Source: Pavona decussata
Lineage: Eukaryota
NCBI GenBank assembly: GCA_977016875.1
Contig: CDRNST010000027.1
Coordinates: 1,426,001 to 1,490,000, forward strand
Length of the DNA: 64,000 bases
Direction: 5' to 3'
A program made the position numbers and the translations under genes. The stretch's first letter is position 1; the number at the start of each line of letters is the position of its first letter. Positions 1-12,250 of the stretch are shown here, in pieces. The notes under the pieces were generated by a model. The model was not told the DNA's origin. It worked only from the letters and a program-made list of their open reading frames with translations, and did not search any database.

Positions 1-759
1 TTTATGGTCTTGATTATATGCGGTCTACAATATATTCTGTAAGCATAAACGGTAAGATATTCTTTAATATTCTCTTAAAAATAATCACAAATTGTTGATT
101 TGGAGCCAATCTGATGGAACTCCGTAGCCAAACCAAAACATATGTCGCTTTATGCACCTTTATTCTAGTGATGAACATAACTCACTATTTATCTTCCTTA
201 TTCTTTCTTCTCCTCTTCAATAACCTCAGAGTATTGTCCACCATCGGACTCTTTGTGATTCATAGCACTCGTAAGAGATAAATAAACACCGAGTTTAGAT
301 GCTACTACAGCGAAAGCTGGCTTCCGGTCCATCACAGATGGCCACCATATTTAAATCCATCAATACTTCGCCAGACAAATTGCACGTGAAGCTAGATATA
401 ATTTTGCAGGAAAATGTAATTTCTTTTGGTCAAATTCGGGATTTCAATTGTCAGCATTTTTTCTTGCTCGGTAATTTTCTCCGCAAACAAATCTAAGTGC
501 TATACTTTGTAGTACAGGCTACACGTCCGAAATAGGTTCCTTTTGGTACATCAAAAATTCATCAGTCATGACAGCGAGGCTTAGAGCGGATACAAAAAGA
601 GTTGAAATGTTCAACTCTTCTGTCGTATCTCATTTAGCCGGCTTACTGCCAGTTTCAAGCTGAACTTTAGTGTATCTAAAGAAGCCCCTTCTTTTGCAAA
701 TATGTGAAACAATATTGAATTCAAAATTGCATATATTTGCGCGAACTGGCTTTCCAATG

Positions 760-930
760 CAAAATACGTCAGCAGAGAATGGCATAGTGATCCGTGGGGG
801 ACTGTCTAATGGCGCATGGCTTACATGACTTACGTCTGGAGGATGCTGAAAGCTGCTGATAGTCGAGTCGATGAGCTTTTCAGGATATTTTAATTTCAAA
901 AATATCCACTTCAAGCTCTTACATTCTTGC
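760..930 (-). mobile_element. Penelope-like retroelement remnant (post-RT region)
   Basis: Translation CKSLKWIFLKLKYPEKLIDSTIS...PPRITMPF resembles the PLE RT-to-GIY-YIG linker; truncated. Confidence 0.5.
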
Positions 931-1130
931 ATTCTTCTTTTTTGTAATGGTTTCTTGTCGTTCGCAGACAACTTTGCAACCTTGGGAGAAAGATCGATCA
1001 CGATTTGTAGCCAATTTTTACAAGCAAAAAGATCATTGACGACTTGAGATATAAGGAATCTGCCGTTAATTTGCCTCCATCAAAAATGATGATTCTTGCA
1101 AATCGGTCAGCGGTAATGAACCAATAAACA

Positions 1131-1131
1131 A

Positions 1132-1162
<31 letters not shown>

Positions 1163-1175
1163 ATAGATAGATAAA
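1131..1175 (+). repeat. (TAAA)n/(TAGA)n microsatellite
   Basis: Directly visible tandem ataa/atag repeats. Confidence 0.9.
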
Positions 1176-1199
1176 AACATATAAGTAAAAACCATCAAT

Positions 1200-1575
1200 T
1201 TAAAGGCAGTTTACAAATACCGTGTGGGAAGGGGCATTAACCTCTTCAGATGATAAGACATTCCACTCTCTTACTGTTCTAGGGGAATATGAAAATTTGT
1301 ATTAGCTAGTCTGTATGTGCAAAGGGGACCTCGTAAGCTTTCTCATCTATATGGCGACTAATATACGCACCAGGGGGGTTAGATATTTTATGGTGTTAAT
1401 CCCGGTTTGTCCATTGTGGATTTTGTAAAAAATGGACAGCCTGTTCCTTTTCCTTCTCTCTTCGAGGGTGTCCCACTGTAAATTCTTGGAGCATTTCGCT
1501 GACTCTGGATGGAGTGTGATATCGGTTTAACAAATATCTGGCTGCACGTCTCTGCACCATTTCCATTTCCAACAG
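1200..1575 (-). mobile_element. LINE (CR1/L2-like) 3' ORF2 remnant
   Basis: LEMEMVQRRAARYLLNRYHTPSRVSEMLQE matches the typical C-terminal RT motif (LE.VQRRAAR); frameshifted downstream. Confidence 0.65.
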
Positions 1576-1925
1576 AGTGTTTTGCACGAATTTACATGTG
1601 ATTTGTGCGATGCAAATTATATCGGTTACACGTGCCGCCACCTCCATCAACGTGCAGAGGAACATAAGCATTCCGTGATCGGTAAACACTTCAAGGACAA
1701 ATACGGTTTGAGACCGACGGACCTGCCTGAGAATTTCAAAACACTTAAGAAATGCCGGAGCAAGTTTGGATGCTTGATTTTTGAAATGCTCTTGATCAGG
1801 AAGAAAAGACCAAAACTTAACACTCAAAGTGACTCTATTCGCGCCAAACTCTTTGTATAAACATTTGAATGCTCTTGTTTTACTATAATTGCATTTTTGT
1901 AATTCACACACATCTATTTCTGTAT
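1576..1925 (+). mobile_element. Penelope-like element 3' end: GIY-YIG endonuclease domain
   Basis: ORF 1582-1860 reads FTCDLCDANYIGYTCRHLHQRAEEHK...EMLLI...LNTQSDSIRAKLFV*, containing the YIG motif, the R..EH motif, and the conserved E and N. Confidence 0.85.
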
Positions 1926-2342
1926 ATATATTTATTATATGGCTGACTCCGCGAGCAGGCAAGATGAGTCAAATCCTGCGCTGTGATTGGCTACCCGAGG
2001 GGGCAAGATGGAGCTATCTTGCCCGCTCGGGATTACCCGTTGACCGTCCGCTTGTCATCGAAAGTTTAGTTCAGAGTAACAAAGCAATCTTTTCTTCGAT
2101 TTTCTCGTTGTTCTGGGAGAAAACGCTCACTAAAATGTTCGGTAAACTCTCAACTTTTACCTAAAGGAAAGGAAAGAGAATGGAATCGTCCTAGTGTGGT
2201 GAAAAGTTTGTTTCAGCCACAATGAATGTGAGTTGAATCGTTGAGTTGCTCTGTGTGTAGTATCTTACATAGGTTGATTTTGTAAAGCGTATTGTCTCAA
2301 GTCGAGTACTAGATTGATTAGTTCTCTAGGTACGGTTTACAA

Positions 2343-2671
2343 CATTCTCGTCCCCAGAGCCCCAACGTTTTTTTTTTTAAATTGTTGAACGAGTGGCTCT
2401 GGGTCCATCCAAAAATATCTTTTTTTTCATTGGCTGTCGAAAACCTGATGCGCTATAAGGTGAAAAATGCTACGCTTCTGCGCATTTGTCTTTACTTCCT
2501 AATACTGAGGAGTACTGAGCAATAATAATACTGAGCAAGCGCAATGGTTATTTATCACACTGAGCTTGCGCTACCGGATGTCGTGAAATTCACGACATCC
2601 GGTAATGGCTGTTACCAGGGCCTACGATCCAACCGCTGACCAAAAGATCGTAGGCTCTGGGAACGAGGATG
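2343..2671. mobile_element. MITE with 19-bp TIRs and 9-bp TSD
   Basis: TIRs cattctcgtccccagagcc / ggctctgggaacgaggatg; TSD ggtttacaa at 2334-2342 and 2672-2680; internal hairpin taccggatgtcgtgaa-a-ttcacgacatccggta. Confidence 0.85.
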
Positions 2672-4233
2672 GGTTTACAATGACTTTATTCAGTTAAATC
2701 AAAGCGTAATGAAAGTTGCGTTAAGTGTTTAGAGAAGTGCAGAAAAGTGTTTTCTCAAGTTCGCCGAAGAAGCTCACGTCTTGCCTTTTGGAAACAACTA
2801 TTATCAAAGTTTCGCCAAGTTTTCTGATTCTTAACCGCTCTATTTTTGGGCTTATGTTTGCATATAATTCAAAATGTATTGTTTCATTCAAGAATTGTTG
2901 ATTGGAGGCAAGAGACCTCTCTTGTTGGAGGCCGAAAACTGTGTAAAAGTAAATCTTACACCGGCCGGCTATGAAGAATTTCTTTCCGTGCTGTTTTGTT
3001 TTGTTTTGTTGTTGAATTGTAACTTGAAGATACTCAAGCTATATAATAAATCCTTTATTGACCAAGCTTGTTTGGTCAAGATGACTGGATTTTGGCCTCG
3101 TTCTTCTTCTTTTTTTCTTTTTTTTTTTTCGCCTCGGTCCATAAAAACGCGAAAAAAGAACTTGGCAAATACCCAGCCATATGGCTTTCTTCTTTTTTTT
3201 TTTTTTTTTTTTTGGTGAAACGAGAACAAGTTGCAATCCTACACTTTTTTGAAATTGCATAAAAAAAGAATAGAAAACGTGAGAGAGGCCATGTGTGTGT
3301 TGTCGCAATTTCCGGTATAACGATAAGTAGCGTAACACAAGAGAAAACGGAGATCACGCTATCTTTGTGACTCAAACTATTCCATCAGCTAGTTTTGTTA
3401 GATAGTTTTAAGAATCTGCGAGGCATACAATGGGAATAAATGAGACCACATTAAGCATCCAGCGAAAATGCCATTAAGGGCATCTCGTTCACTTCAAATT
3501 CACAATCAAACCTGTAATTTTTTGGCTGCTGAATTCCCAGAAGTACTCGAAAATTTCGCACAAAGTCCGTGGCCTTAATTATGATTTGTGATGTCCGCTC
3601 GCTCGTCGCCTGGATAAAACATCAATTTGTACTCGAAGCACAATTTCTTCGCTGTTATTTCTCTGATTTCCGCTGTCGAAACTGTTGAGTATTCCTTAGA
3701 AGTTCTTCTTTCGATTTACCATTTTGAAAAGGTGTGTTTTCCTTCGAAAAACGCGAAAATCGGCGACTAAAAATTTAGCGGTCCGGCCGCGTGGGCCAAC
3801 AAAAACTGAAATTTGAGATCGGCTAGGTAAAAAAAAAATTTTTTTGATCTAGGCAACCCTAAGACCTATAAATATATTTTAAGCGAAATTAAATAGCATA
3901 ATAGTGTGGAATATTGAGCATAATATGGACACCCGCAATATTGTACCTGTACTTCAACCGCTTAGGAAGGACTTCAGTCTGTTACCATAACAGTCTAATC
4001 ATTTCGGTGAGCGTCAAGATAGAAACGCGTTAGCGAATAATTGCGAATTCAATAGCCATTAACGAGTCGACAAAATCGTATTAAAATAGCAGTTGCACAG
4101 CTACGTCAGTATGTTGCGGATTATTCATGGTCATCGGTAGATTGAGCGAGATATGATTAGTTGCAAACACCCTTACAAGCAAATTAACACTCCATCATTT
4201 CGCTCTCCGTTAACGACTTTGGACGTACACATT

Positions 4234-5559
4234 TTAATAACCCTCTCTCGATTGGCCTTTCAAGCCAATAATGCCTATGATGTTTTCAATCCTTTGCTGT
4301 AATTTTTTACCATATCTCTCCATAGTTTTGTCCACTTCCAGCTCTCCGGCGTTACATGGTTGTGGGCATTCTCTGTAGTGAAAACTTCGGCCTACATCCC
4401 ACTCCACGTTATCAACAACGTAAAAGTCCTCGAGTGGATTCATTATGAGGTGTACCCCTTGCTCAAAAACACTTTGTGGATCAACCACACATTTATTATG
4501 AGTTTTGTCTTCCTTTCGCTTGCGATTGAAAATGTTTTGAGTAAGCACAGCTGGCCACGAAGATTCAGCATCGCTTCTTGAATGCGGAAATCTAGCGCTC
4601 TTAAAACAATGACCACAGTGCTCCTCTCTATGAATGCTATGAAGTAAAGAGGTCATATTCTCATACTGAAGAGGCACAATAAATTCATCTAAGTCGTTGA
4701 AAGCTAAAAACTTGAGGTCATTCATTCTTCGAAACAGACATTCCTGCATGGCCAAAATTTGCCCGTGATAGTGAACATCTTCTTGAAAGATATACGGGGG
4801 TAACTTCCATGGCAAAACTTCTGCCAGCCCTTTGTCGACGTAATAACTTAGCACCTTTTGGATGTTATCAGAGGTCTGAAAATCATAAAACGTGAAGTAC
4901 GACGCTCCTATTACTTGTGAAAGTTCCAAAAATTCGATCAACGAAATCACCGATATCTTACCAAACAAAGGAGCAATACAAATTCCGTATTCTCTTCGCC
5001 AAGTACTTGTATTAGTGGAACCTCGCTGCCTTTTTATGCACGTATTCCCAACAGATAAAACAACAATGTCGCTTGGTTTTTCAGGGCTCAGTTTTATCGA
5101 GATTTCCACAAAACCGGGTGGCGTGGTGATCAACTTATCCGAGAGAACACAGGAAACTACGAAAAGACCGTAGTGAAGTTTGTGCCCTTTGTTGATTTCG
5201 TAATATGTCGAAGCGATATTCGCTGAAGTATTTGAATTCGATCCGCTGTAGAAACGGCAAGACAGAGGTGGGGGGTTATCTCTACGCCAAGTCATCAGCA
5301 AAATCCGAACAAACTTTGGGTCTTGGCGGTCATCAAACCAGGCAGAATAAAAAAGCGTCCCTTTCTCAACTTCGACGAAATGTGGTGTTTCTGCAGCTGG
5401 GTTACGACATGAGGGTTTCGTTTGGAATATCGTCTGGCGTCGGTTGATCGCTTCTCTTATAGCTTTTCGCTGTAATTCTCGCCGGTAATATAAAAGAATA
5501 AATATTCCTGTTAAAGTTAAGAAACATACCACTAATTTGCGCTTGTTCCTCGAACGCAT
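4234..5559 (-). CDS. Glycosyltransferase family 92 protein (beta-1,4-galactosyltransferase galt-1-like), type II membrane, 441 aa, single coding exon
   Basis: Basic N-terminus plus one TM helix (LVVCFLTLTGIFILLYY); GICIAPLFG, GASYFTFY, GQILAMQECL, AFNDLDEFIVP (DxD motif), KCVVDP and HYR motifs typical of GT92/GT-A enzymes. Confidence 0.88.
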   Translation of the reverse strand: MRSRNKRKLVVCFLTLTGIFILLYYRRELQRKAIREAINRRQTIFQTKPSCRNPAAETPHFVEVEKGTLFYSAWFDDRQDPKFVRILLMTWRRDNPPPLSCRFYSGSNSNTSANIASTYYEINKGHKLHYGLFVVSCVLSDKLITTPPGFVEISIKLSPEKPSDIVVLSVGNTCIKRQRGSTNTSTWRREYGICIAPLFGKISVISLIEFLELSQVIGASYFTFYDFQTSDNIQKVLSYYVDKGLAEVLPWKLPPYIFQEDVHYHGQILAMQECLFRRMNDLKFLAFNDLDEFIVPLQYENMTSLLHSIHREEHCGHCFKSARFPHSRSDAESSWPAVLTQNIFNRKRKEDKTHNKCVVDPQSVFEQGVHLIMNPLEDFYVVDNVEWDVGRSFHYRECPQPCNAGELEVDKTMERYGKKLQQRIENIIGIIGLKGQSREGY

Positions 5560-5636
5560 CCTAATTTCCTTTTGGTCTCTGTGTACACATCGCCCAGAAT
5601 GTTATTGCCTTTCGTGACATTTACTTACAGTGCCAT

Positions 5637-5898
5637 TTAACAAATCGACGGCAGTTTTCTCAGTATGGTCTATTTAACAAATAGATCCCAAGCTGCCGTG
5701 CGTCTGTTCAGTAATAGATCACAGATGACGTCAAAATGTGGTAAGAACAAAAAAGTGGCACACGAGCCGCAGGCGAGTGTGTCACTGATGTTCTTACCAC
5801 ATTTTGACGTCTTCTGTGATCTATTACTGAACAGACGCACGGCAGCTTGGGATCTATTTGTTAAATAGACCATAGAAAACTGCCGTCGATTTGTTAAT
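5637..5898. mobile_element. Palindromic non-autonomous element(s), ~260-bp near-perfect hairpin
   Basis: Arms tttaacaaatcgacggcagttttct...tagatcccaagctgccgtgcgtctg... and their reverse complement surround a cacgagccgcaggcgagtg core. Confidence 0.8.
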
Positions 5899-6203
5899 TT
5901 TACAATAACTGTCCAAATTCCCGCGCGCTGGAAGTGGAACCACTCGCCTGCGGCTTGTGGTTCCACTTGAGATTTGAACATTTTATGGCGTCATTTTATG
6001 GTCTATGAGAGTATAGACCATAGAAAACTGCCGTCGATTTGTTTTTTACGATAACATGGAAAAAGGACATGTGGAATTGGCTATTTTTTTTTCGTTGAGA
6101 AAGCGCGCGCGTTACATCTGACGTCATTTTTATTGTCTGTACTCTTATAGACAATAGCTACGAGCCAATCAGCGCGCAGGAATTTGGACAGTTATTGTAA
6201 AAA
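5898..6203. mobile_element. TIR element related to the adjacent palindrome
   Basis: TIRs ttttacaataactgtccaaattcccgcgcgctg / cagcgcgcaggaatttggacagttattgtaaaa; it contains the same core in reverse (cactcgcctgcggcttgtg) and tagaccatagaaaactgccgtcgatttg. Confidence 0.7.
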
Positions 6204-6869
6204 ATCTGATAGACGCGGCATAATTACACTTGCCGGAATAGTTCTTTTGTCAGTTTGCGAAAATAATAATTAAAATCACCACTTTAGTTACACACACACA
6301 CGCGCAGGTAGAAATTCAGTCTATATTGTCTAATTTACGCAAGGTGTCCTGGTCACGTCCGCATAGATTTATTCAAATACTTTAACAGAAAACTAAGAAA
6401 ATCTAATTGAGAACTTTCAGGCTCAAATTGCCAAAAATAATAAGAACGTTCAGCCTCAGCCCCAAAATTAGACGTTCTTATAAAAAAGAGTGTACCTGAT
6501 ATTCTTTTGAATGTGCGCGAAAGCTTTATGTAGATTTAGATCCGCGGTAAATTCAAAACAAGTCCATTCTATTGTTTCCGTGAAGAGAGGAGCCAAAAAA
6601 GCAGGCAGAAATGTTAGAAACTTAGATTTTGTGACCACTTCTAACCACTATTTTTCATTGAAAATGGGCATAAAGCTTCTTTACACACCAAGTAATCAAA
6701 GCCATATGCTAACTCATTAGCGGAACAATACGTCAGCCAAAATACAGCCTCGGGGCAATTTGCAGTCTTCACACGACGAAATCTCAAAATTTCCTGGCTC
6801 ATTGCCCAGATGTTGCGACACATCCGGAACTTTTATGCGCTGTCCGCGGGAAAAATGCAAGATCAAATG

Positions 6870-7948
6870 GAAGACTCTGGCTCAACAACACCAACGGGAA
6901 CTTCACTGTTACATACATATAATGTCACCTAAGGAAAAATGACAAATCTACAAATCGGAAGTACTTTGATTGCACCCTACAGAGTAAAGATGATACTGTT
7001 AGAGCAGCACGTTTCTCACCGGAAAAGTATCAAGATCTGAATACCCTACAAAAAACATAGAGTACTGAAAAAAATTGACAAATTACAATACATCTGCCAC
7101 CAATGAAAAAGGTGACATCATCATCCTCAGCAAGAAACGAATATCTCCTGTTACAAGTAATGACATTGACTTCCCCTACTCATGTGAATTGACAGCAATA
7201 GGGATTCTTGCAAAGCTTTTGGCTCTTGAAAAACTTGCAGCAAACAAGTTGTTACCATCAAAGCACAGGTTGCACTAATCTCTGCATTGTGAAAACACTG
7301 CATACGCGATATCGGGGTGTTCTCAGAAAGCAAGAGATCAGAGATACACTCCACTTCAGTGAAACTGCTTCTCTTGTAAAATACTGTAGAAATGTTAGAG
7401 CTGAACAAAACATATAATCTTCTGAATATTAAGGTCAAAAATACCAATAAAGAGATGTATCTAAATACCACCAAAGCTGACAAATTCACCTTCACGGAGA
7501 CATCTGCATTCATAGCTCCATTTACATTACACATTAGAGTAGAGGATAATGTCAAAACAACATCAACGATAACTACAAGAATACTTGGAATTCGTCAAGC
7601 TTTTCAAACACTCGCTTGTATTTGATGTCACGAAAAGGCCATTATGATGAGTGAAGAATGCAGATTAATGCATGCCATCCATTCATCTGAAGCGAAGTGG
7701 TATATACGAATCCTTGTGCAAAATGCAGCTGCCACAAATGTAACATTTCGTTTAGGATTCAACAAGAGAGGATGAGCTCATCCTCTCTTCGATTCAACTT
7801 CGAGCATGTTGTCAAACTGATGAAAATTCTCCAACCCAAAAGAAAAAGATATCCTCAATCCAATTCTAACCAATCCTAACAAACTTTTTTTTTTGCACTT
7901 ACATATGACACAGTGGATTACAATGTAACAGACCTCGAAATGAAGTAG
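6870..7948 (+). pseudogene. Decayed RPA70-like OB-fold ssDNA-binding protein gene (likely transposon cargo)
   Basis: Frame-broken pieces: LHCYIHIMSP..KYFDCTLQSKDDTVRA.FSPEK; LRKQEIRD..; LELNKTYNLLNIKVK; LACI*CHEKAIMMSEEC..KWYIRILVQ (Zn-ribbon-like OB fold). Many stops and frameshifts. Confidence 0.45.
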
Positions 7949-8147
7949 ACTATTTTAGTTCATTTTGATATAGTTATGTACACCTTTTAATAGTTCCACG
8001 ATCGTGTTCTTATTACACGTAAACATTGTTCCTTAACTTGGTTATTATTTGGCTGCACAAATACAACCATAACATACCTTTGAAATCGATAGGACTAGCA
8101 GATTGTTCTAGCGTAACAACTGTATCAAAACCTGGCTTTGGCCTTGC

Positions 8148-8503
8148 CCCAGGGGGGATACTCGGGCATAAACGTGACGGGGCTGTCCGACGTATTTTTT
8201 TGGGTCTAAAATTTTCAACTCCTGTATTTTTTTGGGTTGAAGATTTAACCGTGCATTTTTTGGGGTCTAAAAAATCTGCGCGTATTTTTTTGGGTTTGAA
8301 TTTCCGCCAGGCTAATAGTTCTTACACAATTCAAGCCAAAGTTCTCGCATGATCCGAAAGCATGAGTTGAATATTATATTATCTTGTATTTTTTTGGGTG
8401 CAAAATATAAGATCCATGTATTTTTTGGGTGTAAAATATTAGGCTCCGTCTGACGCCCCCCCCCCCCCCCCGCGTCACATTTATACCCGAGTACCCCCCT
8501 GGT
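8148..8503. mobile_element. MITE with G/C-rich TIRs, internal ~30-bp subrepeats and 8-9-bp TSD
   Basis: TIRs cccaggggggatactcgggcataaacgtgacg / cgtcacatttatacccgagtaccccctgg; TSD ggccttgc at 8140-8147 and 8504-8511; repeated tatttttttgggt. Confidence 0.85.
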
Positions 8504-8699
8504 GGCCTTGCATGCTACTAAACAAAGCACTCTACTACACCTGTTTTAAAACCTTTTACACCTAGATATGACGCAATTAATTACAACTTTACAGACCTGG
8601 AAATCAAGTAGACTATTTGACTTAATTTTGATATAGGCTTGTAAAGGTTTTCTTGTCATGACTTTCACTGTTGTGGTCCTGTTACATGTAAAGATTGTT

Positions 8700-9205
8700 T
8701 ATAAACGTCGTTTTTGTTTCCAGAAATACAACTACATTATCTCTATAGCACTCTTTCCAAGCTGTCCCGTTGTTCGCCTGTCAATGTATTACTATTCACC
8801 TTACCGAGGAAAGATTTATCGCGTTTTCATACAAATAATCATCTTACAATAAGTGCCGTTCTTTTCTCAAGAGTTCTAATCCCCCGAGCATTAAATGATA
8901 AAATTCTGAACGTCATTAGTTCCACCCTGCTTATAATTAGTGTGAGAAAAGGAAAAGGTATGAATGCTTACCTTAACATGTATGAAAGGATAACCCCTTC
9001 GAATAGAAAAGAAATAACAAAAAATAATTGACAAAGCGTTAATGAAACACTTACAAAACAAATTGTCCAATGACATACACAGGCAAATAAAAAAGGTAAA
9101 CAGCTTAAGCTGTTAACAATTAAGCTACCTATATGGACGGAGTCTTGCAAAACTGGAGCTTTAACCAGTTTCCCATCAATGAATAGTTTATCCGGTTCAG
9201 GTCGA
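8700..9205 (-). mobile_element. L1/Tx1-type LINE: inverted 5' segment (ORF1 end, ORF2 APE start, pre-RT region)
   Basis: FSRPEPDKLFIDGKLV (ORF1-like end), MTFRILSFNARGIRTLEKR (APE endonuclease start), FLGKVNSNTLTGEQRDSLE (pre-RT-like). Confidence 0.65.
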
Positions 9206-9214
9206 CTAAAATTA

Positions 9215-10975
9215 GTATTACAATTAGTAATTAGAATTTGCAAAGAGGAGTAATAGAAGCGGTATCTTGGTTGCAATCGACTTTGAGAAAGCTTTTGATT
9301 CTTAAAACCGTAAATTCCTTCTAAAAACATCAGAGACATTTAATTTTGATGCGCACTTTATACAATGGATTCGGACTGACTACACAAATTTATCAAGCTG
9401 CGTATTGAAAAACGGCTCTACTACTGACCTCTTTCCCGTGAATCGAGGGGTTCGACAGGGTGATCCTCTTTCTCCACTATTATTTATTCTTTCCTTGGAA
9501 ATTCTTACTAATTACATCAGGCAAGACGAAAATATTCAAGGAATGAAAATTAATAGCAAGGAGACAAAGCTAACTTTTTTTTCAGATGATTTGACATGTT
9601 TGTGAAAGATAAAATTTCCTACTTTTTCTTTTTTGCGTCTCTAAAGATCTTTTCCTATAATTCTGGCCTTCATGTAAATGACGAGAAAACTGAATTATTC
9701 GCCGATCGGCTCTCAGAGACTGGTGAGAGAAGAATTCCAACATAAGATATGCACATCAATCAAATACTAGGGATTTATCTTGACTACCACGCCTTAAGAC
9801 TCAAAAATTTAAATTTTGATTCCATTTTTAAGTCTATTAAAAAACTCTTAATATGTGGAAATTTTATAGGGGTCTTACACTACTCGGCAGAATTCAAATT
9901 GTAAAGAAATTTGCAATTTCAAAATTTATGTCCAAGGCTTCTTTAATTTTGGTCTCAGACGACCTTATAAATAAGTTAACACACTGCTCTGTAGTTTTAT
10001 CTGGAAAGGCAATGGCAACTGAAGATCAAGCGTTCTGCTCTTATTAACGACATTGATAATGGTGGACATCCAGTCCATGATCACCTCACAAACAATTGTT
10101 ACTCTGAAAAAGTATAGCGACGACTATATTAGCCCATGGAAAAGTATTCTTGACACATTTTTAGGTGAAGTGGGTGTTAAACATTCATCTTACACTGTGA
10201 TTTCGACACTCGTAAGCTCCCTATCAATCTGCCGGATTTTTACAAAGAATGTCTAGATGCATGGTCGGAGTTAAAGACTACAAGAGGTACTTCGTATGAA
10301 GATATTGTAAACCAAATAATATGGAATAATAAGCGGATTCTCATCAAAAAACGAAGTCATGTTATATTAAACATTTCGTCAACTATGAAATCGTTAAAAT
10401 AGGCGACTTAATTTCCGATAATGGCAGATTTCTTGAAGGTGTCAAAATCTCACAAATACAATATTTCAATTCAATGAACATCGTTAATTCTATCCCAAAC
10501 GCGTGAGACCGAGTGGAGACTTGTAATTAAACAAAATCAACAACATATTCACCCTCCTTTGAATGATTTTATTCAAATCGAAATAGACAGCACTGGAGTC
10601 AACGTTTCAAAAATTGCACAAAAAATGATCTACAAGGAATTTGCGAGAAAAAAGCAAACCGTTCCGTCTACTCAAAAGAAAAAAGATATCAAGTACTCCG
10701 GGCGTTTGGAAGAATGGCAAAAAATATACTCTCAAGCGAGGATGAATCATCTCTTAATACTCTATACCATTTAAAACTACTCTTAACACAAAACTTAGGG
10801 AATTTCAATACAAATTGTTAAATATTATTGTTTTCACAAATGAAAACTATTTAGATTTAAAATGATTGAATCGCCTTCGGTGTGCCTTTTGTAACAAAGA
10901 AATAAATGTTCAGGGGATTCGATGATCGAATCCCCTGAACATTTATTTTTTTATTGCAATACGACAAAAGTCATG
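9215..10975 (+). mobile_element. L1/Tx1-type LINE ORF2 remnant (RT + zf-RVT), degenerate
   Basis: ILVAIDFEKAFDS, RGVRQGDPLSPLLFILSLEIL, FSDDLT, GLTLLGRIQIVK, TKLREFQYKLL, CAFC...ESPEHLFFYC; many frameshifts. Confidence 0.9.
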
Positions 10976-10979
10976 CAAT

Positions 10980-11850
10980 AGGTTCATTCCTTTCTGCTCT
11001 CAACTTCGTTAAAAGAGCCAAAAATCGAGCTTAAAATTCACTCATGTCAGGTCTTAAATTCGTGAAAATAGTCAAAAATCGAGCAATAAGCTCATTTTTT
11101 CCGAACCCAAATTTGTCGAATTGGCCAAAAATCTAGAAATATGTTCATTCCTTTTTGGTCTTAAATTCCGCGTAAAATAACCAAAAATAGAGGAATAAGT
11201 TCATTGCTTTCTCTCAAATTCGTGAAAATAGTCTAAAATCGAGCAATAACTTCATTTTTTTACTGGTTTAACTTTCGTGACAATGGTAAAAAAATCAAGC
11301 TTTAAATCACACCTTTCTGGTCTCAAATTCGAGAGAATAGCTAAAAAGGGAGCCATCAGTTCATTCCTTTCTAGTCTTTTCATATTCGTAAAAATAGCAA
11401 AATGCTCATAGATACGTTCATTCCTTTCTGGTTTCAAATTAGCGATGCCAGCCAAAACTTGAGAGTAAAGATGATTACTTTCTGGTCACAAATTCGTGAG
11501 AATAGTTAAAAATCGAGCAATAAGTTCATTCCTTTCTGGACTAAAATCCGTGAAATTTTGACCAAAAGTCGTGAAAAGAGAGCAACAAGTTCACTGCTTT
11601 CTGGTCTCAAATTCGTGAAAATGGCCAAAAATGGGGCAAAAAATGTTCACTCCGGTGTGGTGTCAAAACCGTGAAAATGGCCAAAATTTTAGCAAATAAG
11701 TTTATTCCTTTCCGGTCTTCAATTCCTGAAAATAGCCAAAAATCGAGCAATAAATTCGTACCATTATATGGTCTCAAATTCGCGGAAAAAGCTAAAAGTC
11801 GAGCAATAACTTCATTGCTTTCTGGTCTCGAATTCGTGAAGAGGAAATAT
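10980..11850 (+). repeat. Degenerate minisatellite, ~52-54-bp unit, roughly 16 copies
   Basis: Consensus is approximately aagttcattcctttctggtctcaaattcgtgaaaatagccaaaaatcgagcaat. Confidence 0.9.
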
Positions 11851-11949
11851 TTCTTTTCGAAACAGATTTGTTGCGAGGAAACAAAAATTGTTTCGAAATT
11901 TCTAAGAAACATTTAATATTTAATAGCGCATTTAAAATTGAGTATGGCT

Positions 11950-12250
11950 TCGCATCGCACCGTATCGTATCGTATCGTATCGTATCGTGCTGTGTCTCAT
12001 CTTGTCTTCTATTGTATTGTAGTGTATTGAATTGTATTTCCCTGGTGTTGTGTAGTGTTTTGTTAAGTAAGTATGTTTGCTTTGTTTTGTGCTTGTTTAG
12101 TTGTGTTGAGTACGTATGTTTTGTCATTTCATTGTGCTTGCGTTGTGTCCTATTGTGTTGTCCTGGTCTAGTGTGTTGTCTTGTGTTTTCTTTTGTTGAA
12201 GGGTGATTGGATGGAAAGATAATTGTATTTCTTATTGAATTGCAGTGAAT
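11950..12250 (+). repeat. Degenerate pentanucleotide microsatellite ((CGTAT)n grading into TGTRT-like units)
   Basis: Direct inspection. Confidence 0.8.

Noticed and set aside
2874-3375. Lys/Phe-rich ORFs
   Set aside because: They derive from poly-T tracts within a repeat element.
10980-11850. CRISPR-like periodic array
   Set aside because: The whole unit is repeated with no unique spacers, there are no cas genes, and the context is eukaryotic; it is a minisatellite.
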